NCBI GenBank assembly: GCA_949358305.1
Contig: OX442314.1
Location: 20,894,001-20,958,000 of the forward strand
Length of the DNA stretch: 64,000 nt
Direction: 5' to 3'
Source of the DNA: Strigamia acuminata
Lineage: Eukaryota
A model generated the notes under the pieces. The model was not told the DNA's origin and did not search any database. It worked only from the letters and a program-made list of their open reading frames with translations. Below are positions 1 to 11,027 of this stretch, one piece after another. The translations under genes and the position numbers were made by a program. Within the stretch, counting starts at the first letter, position 1; each line of letters opens with the position of its first letter.

Positions 1-971
1 ACTCGCTGTCATTTTTGTAATTGCTAAATTAATGTGGAATAAGTTTTTTTAATTACACTAAGTGCAATTTTCATATTGGTAATGAAAACTGAATGTGATT
101 CAGAAAAATAAAATTAAAAAACAATCAAATCATTCCTACAATAAATCGATTTTTTAGTACAAATAATCAACTCAACATTTTCTTCCCTCCTCCTTTTTAA
201 AGTTAATTACAATTTTGATTAATGACGTTACCTACTCAATTGTGTAGAGCAAAAGTTCATTTCTAATGACTGTGCATGTAAATTAATTGCTCGCAATCCT
301 GATTAGTTCCATTCAAATATCCTTGGATGCTTTTATTCCACACCGAAATTACCAGAAACATTAATTTCTCCTGTCCGAGTCTCATCTTTTCATTTTTCAA
401 AAGTTGGACTCAAATGTACACAATTTTCATCGAGAATCACAAACCCTACAAACGTGATAATATCTCCAACACGTAAATAGTTTATTTGTTTGCAACTTGA
501 CAAACATTTGGCATACTTTTCCAAGTTAGACAACAGCAATAAGCGCATTGGTGGTGGAATTTCCTAATATTGAAGCGAACTCGTGGCATCTAAAGCTCTT
601 TTGTGCGGTGATGTCACAACTACTTACATTCAATCGATGCCAACACATGGCCACAATAACGTAATCTTCCATAATCTCGTGAGAATTAAGTTCCAGTTTT
701 TCTGCTCTACGTATAATGTAAATAAACCGCGATACTTGGACATTTTTCATCCAAAGAACCAACTTTTCAGACATTTCAACTCAGCGAAGAAAAATAAATA
801 AAACAAAATATTTTCTTTGCTCCTTTCCAACTCAAACTATAACGATACGCGCATGCAATAAAGAAAATTGAAACAGATGGCCAAAAACTGCTAACAGTTT
901 TCAAGATAAATGTAATAAACAATTTTCTTGCACAATTTATTTCTATTTCTATATGCGATAACTCTACTTAC

Positions 972-1055
972 TGAGCATTCAACTTCATTAACGTAGCAAA
1001 AATCTCCCGAGGCACTCGTTGCGACCCATAGGTGATCACCATTAACCGCTGTTTC
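972..1055 (-). CDS. rdgA: Diacylglycerol kinase (rdgA / DGK zeta-iota family) coding exon 3, start of first C1 domain; gene continues beyond the left edge
   Basis: 84-nt phase-0 exon ETAVNGDHLWVATSASGDFCYVNEVECS, bounded by tttcag acceptor and gtaagt donor. The GxHxW..TxxSGDFCYV motif is characteristic of the first C1 domain of type IV DGKs. Confidence 0.92.
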
Positions 1056-2364
1056 CTGAAATAAGAAAATACACCGTAGTAAAGCAAACACAAATAGAAA
1101 AAAAAGGTAATCTAAAAGAAAAAAATTCCACCATTATGTGTGATGACACAACTGTAATAGCAAGCGCCGGAAGGACCCCATTGTTTTCTATCCAGTTTGT
1201 ATCACCATTAAAACAACACAACCAAGTATTTTAAAACTAAGTTAACTTTCACTTCAATTTAAACTTCAAAGTGTTTATTTTTTGTCGGAAATTCTAAATT
1301 AATTAAAAGCGGAATTACATTTTCTAGTGACCTCGATGGACATGTAAACCGTGAAAGCAGCCAGTTTCGCTAATAAGGATAGGGACAGATGGCCCGCATG
1401 TTGAGTATGGGCATGCGCGAGAAAGTGAATGAAAAATTCTTTCGTTTTTAAAGCATTCTTTAAGGGAAACCTCACACCGCTAACTGATACGGCTGATCAT
1501 CATGGACAAAAAAGCGAGATCAAAGTAATTCAGTAAATTACAAACATCAGACGAATGAAATGTCTTTTCGTTTTTATTTCCCACAGCCAGGTATCAAGTT
1601 AGTTTCTCTACGTTTCGAATTACACTCATGTGTGCTTGCTGTGTTGTTATCAATTCAGCCAAGCATTTCTAACCATTTGAAGAGGTTGAAACCCCACTGT
1701 CAAGCCTCGTCATTAAGTACTTTGTCAAGAAAGAAAATTTCAAATTCTATTGGATTTTATTAGTGGCCAGCGTCTTGAAAACCCATGACAGACGTAATAA
1801 AAGAAAAAAATTGAAGATGTTGTTGGTTTTGTTTACTTATTTTGCTTATGTTTGTCTGGCTGTTACCACGGTAATTCCTGTAATCCTTTGTATGCTTTAG
1901 TTTTACTTTTACTTTGATGTATCGCGCGCCTCATCGCGCTCATGTACAGTATTCACATCGCTCAATATATTCGCTCGTTTCTCCAAGCCTGTTTATTTAA
2001 CAATTAAAACATGATTTAAAGTGTAAATCTTTAGAAAACCCTGATGCACCAATAACAGGTTTAGGGGTTGGCGAGGTAAGCTTTTGCCTAGGCCTCGTGG
2101 CCTAGAGGTCCCTTAAACTTTTTTTTTTCCAGCCAGGCCCCTAAAACCCCAAAGCCCCCAAATTTTCTTTCAATAAAACTCAGTCCTCATGTTTTATCGA
2201 TGTCAGTAAAACGTGATTTTTTAACAGTGGAGATAGTTGGGAGGGCCTCGCACCTCACACTTGCCTAGGGCATATTAGATGCTAAAATTGACACTGACTG
2301 ATACCCATAACATGCTTATTCTCTTAAGAGACATTTTATCTTTCTTTATTAAATTTAATAAATA

Positions 2365-2945
2365 CAGGGTGAGCCAAAGAAACCTGAAAATGTAATTACT
2401 CTGTAACTAATTAAAATTTTTATTTCAAACTAAAATTTTTATAGGCTGCAGTTTGATATGCCATTTTTATGTCTGGAAAATTAAATCAGTCAAATGCTTT
2501 CCTTGTGAGCCAGAGCAACCTGAAGATTTTTATATGCTTATGTCTTAACCACCATTTTGACTAGAGGGAAAGCAATACCTTGAGTCGTCGTGGAGCAATG
2601 AACGGCGGCGCATCATCGCACGTGTGATCAGAGCAAAGTAAGGCCAGGGATAGACAAAACTAAAAATAATTCACGTGCTAGACCCTATTTTTTAGGAGCC
2701 AGCACACCGTATTTGGCAAATACGGGGCAAAAAATTCAGGTTCCAGGTAAACATTTCTAGGCGCCATGGCAACCAGGCGTCCGGGATTTGTCGACCCCTG
2801 GGTAAGGCATCCGAGTGATTTAATTTTTCAGACATAAAAATGGCATTTCAAATTCTGTGTAATGGTTTTAGTTTCAAATTAAAATTTTAATTAGTTACAG
2901 AGTAATTACATTTTCAAAATCATCAGGTCTTTCTGGCTCACATTG
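2365..2945. mobile_element. Tc1/mariner-type MITE (CAGGGTG ends, TA TSD) with a nested insertion
   Basis: TA|CAGGGTGAGCCAAAGAAACCTGA... and ...TCAGGTCTTTCTGGCTCACATTG|TA. Long imperfect inverted arms, e.g. GAAAATGTAATTACTCTGTAACTAATTAAAATTTT and its reverse complement. Confidence 0.8.
2645..2800. mobile_element. hAT-type MITE nested in the Tc1/mariner MITE
   Basis: TIRs CAGGGATAGACAAA / TTTGTCGACCCCTG. The 8-bp flanks AGTAAGGC / GGTAAGGC match at 7 of 8 positions (TSD). Confidence 0.75.
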
Positions 2946-3033
2946 TACCATCACATTTTGTACTGGTGAAAATGATGGTGCGCCAAATATCGGTTTGCTC
3001 TTAATCACAAGTTTAAAGATTTTAGCTGCCATT

Positions 3034-4106
3034 AGAGGTTTTGCGATTGGACTTTTTTCAAACTTATAACTTATAACTTATAAGTAAAAAGTATAAGTTA
3101 TACGTTTGAAAAATTGAAAAATGAACGTATAGATTTGAACTATACGTTGCCCTATACGTTGCCCTATACGTGCAGTACGTATAAGGCGCGCATGCGCATT
3201 GGTCAATAATTGGCCAAAACAAGGCGCCATTTTTTTTAGCGATAGATCGCCTCGTGTGTGGCCTCGTCAAAGCGATGTTTGGACGCATTATTGCGATTGA
3301 ATGTGGCCGAACATCGCCCGCATTCGATCACACAAATGCGGGCGATGTTCGGCTGCATTCGATCGCTCAAATGCGACTGAACATCGTCCGTATTTGTGCA
3401 ATCGAATGCGGCCGAACATCGCCGGCATTTGTGCAATCGAATGCGGCCGAACATCGCCCGCATTTGTACGGTCGAATGCGGGCGATGTTCGACCGCATTC
3501 GATCGCTCAAATGCGACTGAACATCGCCCGTATTTGTGCAATCGAATGTGGCCGAACATCGCCCGCATTTGTGCAATCGAATGCGGCCGAACATCGCCCG
3601 CATTTGTGCAATCGAATGCGGCCGAACATCGCCCGCATTTGTGCAATCGAATGCGGCCGAACATCGCCCGCATTTGTGCAATCGAATGCGGCCGAACATC
3701 GCCCGCATTTGTGCAATCGAATGCGGCCGAACATCGCCCGCATTTGTACGGTCGAAGGCGGGCGATGTTCGGCCGCATTCAATCGCACAAATGCGGCTAA
3801 ACAAAGCTTTGACGAGGCGTGCAGGGAGGTAGAAAAAACACACAAACACACACACAATAATTTTCATAAGAAATAAAAATAAATAAATGAATAAATAAAA
3901 GAAAAGAAAAGGTATAAAAATTTAAGAACACTTTAACAGATATCACTTTTAGTTTTTATATGTAAAAGTTATATGTTCCAAAAAAGTTCAATCGCAAAAT
4001 GAATGAACTTATAACGTATAACTTATAACTTATAACTTATAGGTCATAAATCTATAAGTTATAAGTTATAAGTTATACTTATAAAAAGTGAAATCGCAAA
4101 ACCTCT
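3034..4106. mobile_element. Non-autonomous TIR element (PIF/Harbinger-related, ANT-type 3-bp TSD) with (TTATAAC)n subterminal repeats
   Basis: Perfect 15-bp TIR AGAGGTTTTGCGATT / AATCGCAAAACCTCT, ATT on both flanks, and TTATAAC / GTTATAA arrays inside both ends. Confidence 0.8.
3261..3818. repeat. GC-rich 35-bp minisatellite (~15 units) bounded by its own 13-bp inverted repeat; probable nested MITE
   Basis: Unit GCCGAACATCGCCCGCATTTGTGCAATCGAATGCG. Ends are GCCTCGTCAAAGC / GCTTTGACGAGGC, with GTG on both flanks. Confidence 0.9.
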
Positions 4107-7100
4107 ATTATTCTTTTCAGCTTTGTATTGATGTTTCCAAAAAAAATCTAGTTGTTTGCAGACTTTCAGACTTAGTAGCGAAAACCTTTTTCGCAAAAAA
4201 ATACAAAAACTTTTCCCGACAAAATGCACTTTTCATTACGGTATACAGTGATCATCCTCACACAGACACGAACCCCTGGGTGCGAAGACTTTTAATTAAA
4301 ATCCAAACTATAACAACTCCCTTTGGACTTAACACCTTGTCTTGGTCCCATTGGTGAAATTCACTCTAGTCTGTTTCATTTTATTACGTTTTTTAAAAGA
4401 AAACCTCTAATAAAACAATTATCTTTGAGAAAAACCTCAAAACTATTATAAATTAAAAAAAAAAAAACTTTTATTTTTAACATTTCTGAGTTGAATGCTT
4501 CATTTAGTTTATTTACACTTTTGCACTACATAAAATTCTAATATAATTAGGGTGTTTGATAGTCGTCTTGATCAATTTACAACCTAACACTTTGGGTGTG
4601 CCAAAAAATAAAAATAAAATTTATGTATTAAAATGAGCCGTTTCACAGCAGAAAATTATTTAATAAATATCCAGATCCGCGCATTTGGTTCAATGCAACT
4701 CCACGTTACAAAAATAAAAATAATAAAATACTTTGCATGCTAAACTCACTATTGACATAAAAAAAAATACTACATCATAACTATTCGCATAAATAAAAAC
4801 AGGAAGCAACAACATTTGTACATTACAAGCTGAAAAGCAATAAATATTTAATTCAGTAGCTGTCTTCGAATGGACATAACCAATTTTTCACTTTTGGCAG
4901 GACAATAAACAGGTGGCTTAAGCCACAAGCACAAACCAAACGATCATGAATCACAGTGATTTATAACTGCCAAAAAAATAATGGTTGAAAAATTCGTCTC
5001 ACTTGCACAAAATAAATAGAAGAGCTATCCAAGTGTTTGACAAATAACGTATAGCTTAAGAACAACAAATAAAAAAAATTCCAATTAAATGGAGACAGGA
5101 AAAAATTATTTCTTTTTTTGTTTTAAATAAATGAGAAAACTTGATCCACTTAATTCAACCAATCCCAATTTCCTACACCAAAATCACATTAAGGATTTTT
5201 CGTGGATCAACAACGTGATAGGACCTTAAGCTTTAACATCTCTTAACATTTTTTCTTTTCTTTTATAATCCATGTAGTTCAATGACCTGAAAACCAGGTT
5301 TAAATCAATGGATCTATTTTTTCTTTCTCCTGTAAAAGAAAACCCAAAGATTTTCTTTTACAGTATTTTTATCTCTATTGTCTGATGGGACATTTCTTAG
5401 AAAAAAAACATTTCAAATAGACAGAACATTTTATATGTTTAACAATAAAAGTAAAGAAAAACTAAGCTTTGTCATCGTCTTCAAAAGTCAGTTTTTCTAC
5501 GAAGAAAAATTGATTTGAATAACAAATAGTACAAATACAATACGGTACGCACTTGTTTACCAACAATGGTTTCAGTGGTTTCAATTGGAATCACTAGAGA
5601 CACATTCATAAAGTCATGTTTAACTTGCACATACTTGTATGCCACTGGCAACTGAAAATTCCCACTAAATCGGTCGTATCAGTTTCGACAAAATATAATA
5701 TTAGTCCGTAACACTGGAGCAAAAAATACGGGTCCGCTACAACACATAGTTTGGAAAGCGCTAGTCTAAATTACTCTATGCTTGCACCTTTTAACGATGA
5801 CCGGAAAAATCGAAAGACGTATTGTCATTATACTAGGAGTAAGTTTCCTAATTTCAACTCCTTGGTGGTCATTCATTAATGACGATCACCAATTGATGCT
5901 GATCTGTTCCCTACAGTGAACTCAAGCAGAAACTTGGTCAAAGTTTCCAATCAAGAACTGCAGTTTGAGTCATTAGTTATCACAACGCAGAAATAATTTA
6001 TGAAATATGCTTGCAAAGTAATACATCATTTTAATGAGCTCTACAACATCAATCAAAGCTTGCATTTATGCGATATGATCGCGATTCGCGTGTAGTTAAT
6101 AATTCTAGCAAGTTGTGTATAAATACATTCATTACCATTACCAAGAAAAACAGCATCTACTACTTGTACGTATCTATTATTATTATTATTATTATTATTC
6201 TTACGCCCTAATAAAAGTGAATCAATTTTTTTTGATATCATTTGGTCAAGAAATCTCTATTCAGACTCGCATCACGTTGTCAGTCGAATGGAAGTCCGAT
6301 ATCCGAAGTTTGAGTTGCATTTAAAGTACATATCTATAGAAATATGTGGTCAAATATAGCACCTTTTCTTCCTTTTCAGCAATATTTAAAAAAAAGTGCA
6401 ATATTGATTTTTGTATCCAATCCCAAACTTAACTTTCCCATTCAATAAATTGATGTTTACAACCCACAAAGAAAAATCCTGTTTGCAACTTGCTAATACA
6501 GTTCAATGCCGCCACACTATCAAATAACAAATGTTGCCAATGGGTGGCTTGAATGAACTGCAGTACTGCTCAAGTGTGTGAAAGCACTTGAGGTTGAAGA
6601 ACACAAGAAACCAAGAGCCAAAGTCTTCATGCAAATTGCCTCATTTGTTTACAGCATTAAAGCAAGAACATACAAAGCAGCTTTCAGGAAATTACTTTTT
6701 CCAGCTGAGAAATAGGAAAAGGTGGAAAAGATTGAAAAGGCATTTTTATTTCCCCCCCTCCTCCCTTTTCAGGCTCAAAATAAAATCCATCAATAATTTC
6801 TAGAAAAAATTACCATATTTTCCGTATTGTGGAGACTTTTCGCATTACTGTAATTGCTTCATCAATTAATTACAATACGTCATGTTGAGATGTACATTTG
6901 TGTTTGTGCTAGTATTTTTTATGCAATAGGTGATATGATGTAACTTAGATTCAACAACTAACCAATGGCAAATTAAGTGCCTCAATTTGCAACTGCAACT
7001 GTGAACGCCTTTCGACGATTTCAATGCTTCCCAAGTTTGCAATCTCGTATGTTATAAATAATCTAACAGCACATTTATCATAAGTTGCGGCAGCCAAAAA

Positions 7101-8124
7101 AATTAAATTGGTGCCTTGAATTTAAATTGCGAAGCATAATTCCTAATTTCATAACTATACACAAAGATTATGATGCAGTTTAATAATTCATTCACACATT
7201 TCACAATGTGAATACACATACTAAAGTAAAGTTAATTTCAACTCGTAAGTTGTGTTGCAATATGACTAGTATAACAAGTATAACAAACGATACCAAGTTA
7301 AAGCATTAAGCTTGCTGCCCACATAAAATACCAGGACAATTTGCTTTGTCAAACAGAAAATTCAGTGAAATTTCATAATGATTACCCCTTAAAAAATGAA
7401 ATCACATTGAACTTGCACAGCAGCAATTACTGTGAAAAAAGTTCGCAAAAGTGTACCTTTATGCATTTTAAATTCTAAAATGACACAGCGATTCAAAAAA
7501 CTATAGCAATCCTTGCTTTCAAATGTGCCTCACAAAAAAAGATTTACAAAGAAAGAAACAAAACCAGAAAATCATATTTCTGTGAATAAAAATCGAAAAA
7601 AAAATCAAACAAGTTTGACACATTAAGCTGTACCGGTACTATTCATTTGTATGCAATAAGCAATTTTTTTAATTTGATGTTTTCAAGTGTAAAAAATGGA
7701 TTTCGTTTTTGAATTTGGCATCAAGACCAGGCGTAATCCCCTTTATACTCTTATTTTTTTTCCATAAATCCCAAAATGACATTACCTTTATTCTATTTTT
7801 CTTTACGTCAAAAATAAATTTAAAAAATTAAGTAAATTGCTTTTTCTTCCTCAAATTTTTATTTCAAAGCAAAATGTCAAAACCACCACTTCTTTCTGTC
7901 AACATAAACAGGTTTCACTGTATCAAACATAGCTGAAGTTTATCTTTGAGATATACTTAAATAATGTCTGATAATTTGATTAAAATCCACGATTTGAAAA
8001 AGAAAGTGTGCACTGACAAGAGAAAATGAATTAGTTCTAAATGCCTGATCAAATTACCTGTTTACAAGACAGTTTTGAAGTTAACTTACTGAGTCACAGA
8101 GAACCTACCGTCTTCACCCGAAAA

Positions 8125-8362
8125 TAATACCATGGTGTTGTATTTAAATATAACACCATGGTGTTATATTCAGCCAATATCATGTAAGTTTGTCAAAAAT
8201 GTAAAATTGTTATTTACTCTATTAATTTGTATTCATTACGCTGATTAAAAAAACAAAAAGATATATAAATTAACAAAAACAACATTTAAATATTTTTTTA
8301 CAAATCTGAATGTAACACCATGGGGGTATATTTGAATATAACACCATGATTTTATGGTGTTA
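8125..8362. repeat. Palindromic (ACACCATGGTGT-type) repeat, probably an older MITE interrupted by the DD41D element
   Basis: Several copies of AACACCATGGTGTTATATT in both orientations. The motif resumes as TATTCGAAT after position 9327. Confidence 0.5.
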
Positions 8363-9327
8363 CAGAGGGTGAATACTCAAATATGAAACACTGCAATTTT
8401 TAATTTATTTCCTTTAATACACGTCAGTGTATTGTCTTAGTTTGTCCAATGTGTCTCCCATGGAGTGTACTAACAGCCCTGCATCTTGTTTCCAAGACTG
8501 GAACACTTATCTGCACTTCTCAGGTGTAAGAGTAGACCATTCATCTTAAAAAACTTTCCATATTCCTTCTATGGTGTTGGTCTTTCGATGAAACAGGTGC
8601 TGTTTTAAGAAACCAAATCTAAAAAGGTCCATAGGACTGATGTCTGATGATTTGGTGGGTATGTCCCTCTTAACTAAAATATTTAAACCTAACTGTAGCC
8701 TTCAGATTTTTGAGGTAGGCTGTGGTGAGCTTGGCAGTGTGTGAGGAAGCTTTGTCATGATGTTAGGTCACTTTGTTCACCTCTTCTGGATACAGGAAAG
8801 GAATTTCTTTTGTCCAAATATGATTTTAGTATGAAGCCACGGTAGTATACTGAGTTACCTTTCACTTTTTTTGGCATTCTGATAAGTGGAAATCGTCTTC
8901 TGCCAGTCTAACCTCCAATACCATGAAGCCACATGGCCAGCTTTTCACAAACCACTCTTCTTGCACATTTTTACCAGGAACAATGTAGCATATTTTACAA
9001 ATACCATTACAGTAGTCAAGATAGATGTAAGCATCATCAAATGTTGCTACATTTGCACACTTTTCACCTGCTAAATGGCAAACGGACAACTTTCAAGCAT
9101 TTGTTTTTCGGTTTTTGTGAGTAACCCTCCTTGGAAACCATTTTGACCATAACACCCACTTCTGTACCATGTCATAGCGCCATATTTGAACTGACAGTTA
9201 TGTCCATTCTTGTAAATCGAGACTAATGTTCAGATTAAATGATGAAGCAAACAAAATTAAATTGTGGTGTGCCAATCACGAGCAATTCCACATTTAAAGT
9301 GTTTCATTTTTGAGTATTCACCCTCTG
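8363..9327 (-). mobile_element. Decayed, internally deleted Tc1/mariner-superfamily transposon with DD41D spacing
   Basis: TA-flanked ~30-bp TIRs (CAGAGGGTGAATACTCAAATATGAAACACT and near-perfect complement). Minus-strand fragments VATFDDAYIYL, HDKASSHTAK and PTKSSDISPMDLFRFGFLK, broken by frameshifts and stops. Confidence 0.85.
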
Positions 9328-10948
9328 TATATTCGAATTTTTCAACAACTTTTTCACAAATTACAATTTTCAAAAAAACTCGAAAAGTTAAATCGAGGGT
9401 GTGCATTCCAGCGTCAAGTTGGCAGCACACTTTCTAGAATTAACGATAATTTATACGTTACAAATGAATACTAACGGAATACTAACAGAATCTGCAGAAA
9501 AAAGTTCAAGTTTGCAAAAGTGTGATGACAGCACATTGGAAAACCATTGTTTATTCTAGTTCTATCAGAATACAAATTGCCAAACTTTGGATACAAACAA
9601 TACAAACCATGACTGACTAACTACAAACGTTTCAGCCATGTCTGCACCTCTGCAACAATGCCCTGTCAACTATATCCATGTCAACACTAAGATGTTATTT
9701 TTGAGTAAAGGCGGTAGTGCCAGGTTTCGAATGGGCAAAGACCGATTATGACCTGTTAGGTTATGATGCTATGCCATTTCCCCCTAGCGTCAATTGTTGC
9801 CTTTGACAAATATCAAAATTCTAAAATAAAAACCGCAGGTTAAATTCGAGAGCTACATCTATTAAAGCTTTTCAAACATTGCTGCACGGTGGCCTCAAAT
9901 CGATGAAATACAATATTACTGTAAGCTTAGTACTTTGTTTTGCAACTTGTTCTTGGCGACAAACCTCTTAGATATTTTTTGCAACACCGAGAAAACAATG
10001 CCGGATTCGACTTCCTGTGGGCCTGGGAAAACAAACACAATCATCCATACTGTCTACTCCCATCCCCACCCCCCAAAGTTACAAAGAGTCAATCAGTAAG
10101 TGCGTTCAATAACGATTTGAATAATTTATAACAATTTCGAAATTGCAGAAATAAGAAAAATGCAAACATCATCAAAATACTACAAATTCATTTTTACGGC
10201 TAAAGTCACGTAGACACGTACCCCCAACAAGAAATCCATAAAAAAAATTATCATGATGGAAGATCGTTTGCATCAATATTTATGTTATTTATAATTCAAG
10301 ATCTTCAAAGTGAAATCTTCATTAAAATCTCGAAAATTAATCTGGAATCTGAACTAACTTGCGCACGGAAGTTGAATCTCACCATTGCATAAAAAAATTG
10401 CATGTTTTAATCATCAGCATTGCGCAAAATTAACGGCCTATTTTAATCAATCTTTCACCTTTCCGGTTTAAAAAGATGTTAAAAAATATGACATCCTCCA
10501 CACGGTAGCTGCATTGATTTAAGTGCTTTTTTTTGGTTTTTCTATTTTTTCACATCACAAAACAAAAACGCAAACACCTAAAACATTTGTAACAGAACTT
10601 TTTGAATGCAGGCGAGAAAATAATTGAAAATGAAGTTTTTCATACACAAAGACGTGCAAGACACGCAACTTCAAATGAAGATTGAGATTCAAGATTTAAA
10701 AAATATAAATTTCTTTTTAAAAACAAAAATTTTCCACCAACGCAACGTCAGAAACTACTTTTAATTTTAAAAACAAATTTTATGTAACAAATTCACTTGG
10801 AACACAGCCAAATAAAAAAATAATAATAAAAAAAAACCTAACGTGTCACAACAGTCAACTGTCCTCCTCAAATGAAAAACACATCAAAAGTACAATTAAA
10901 ATAAAAAAAATAAATAAAAATGACGGGTGGTAAGAACTAAAGACTTAC

Positions 10949-11027
10949 ATTCCAATTGGCTGCACTGCGAACTGACCGCTGATCCCCTGACTCGGTGGCG
11001 ACAAGAACTTCAGCTTGGATGGCTTTT
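10949..11027 (-). CDS. rdgA: Diacylglycerol kinase coding exon 2 (not in the ORF track)
   Basis: 79-nt exon (1 nt + 26 codons) KAIQAEVLVATESGDQRSVRSAANWN, with acceptor ttttttttatcag and donor gtaagt. It is in phase with both neighbouring exons. KAI...RS...W resembles the segment before C1 in DGKzeta/rdgA. Confidence 0.88.

Noticed and set aside
200..830. Coding-like stretch with short ORFs (526-774, 583-801)
   Set aside because: No recognisable motif, and no DGK exon 4 sequence with splice sites. Possibly decayed TE sequence.
3261..3818. CRISPR-like appearance of the 35-bp palindromic array
   Set aside because: There are no unique spacers (only two recurring spacers in either orientation), no cas genes, and the context is a spliceosomal intron.
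3236..3876. Several overlapping Cys/Arg-rich ORFs
   Set aside because: These are artefacts of a stop-poor 35-bp repeat that is open in many frames on both strands.
7632..7740. Similarity to 32990-33050 (TTGAATTTGGCATCAAGA...GGCGTA)
   Set aside because: Probably another dispersed repeat, but boundaries and type cannot be defined.
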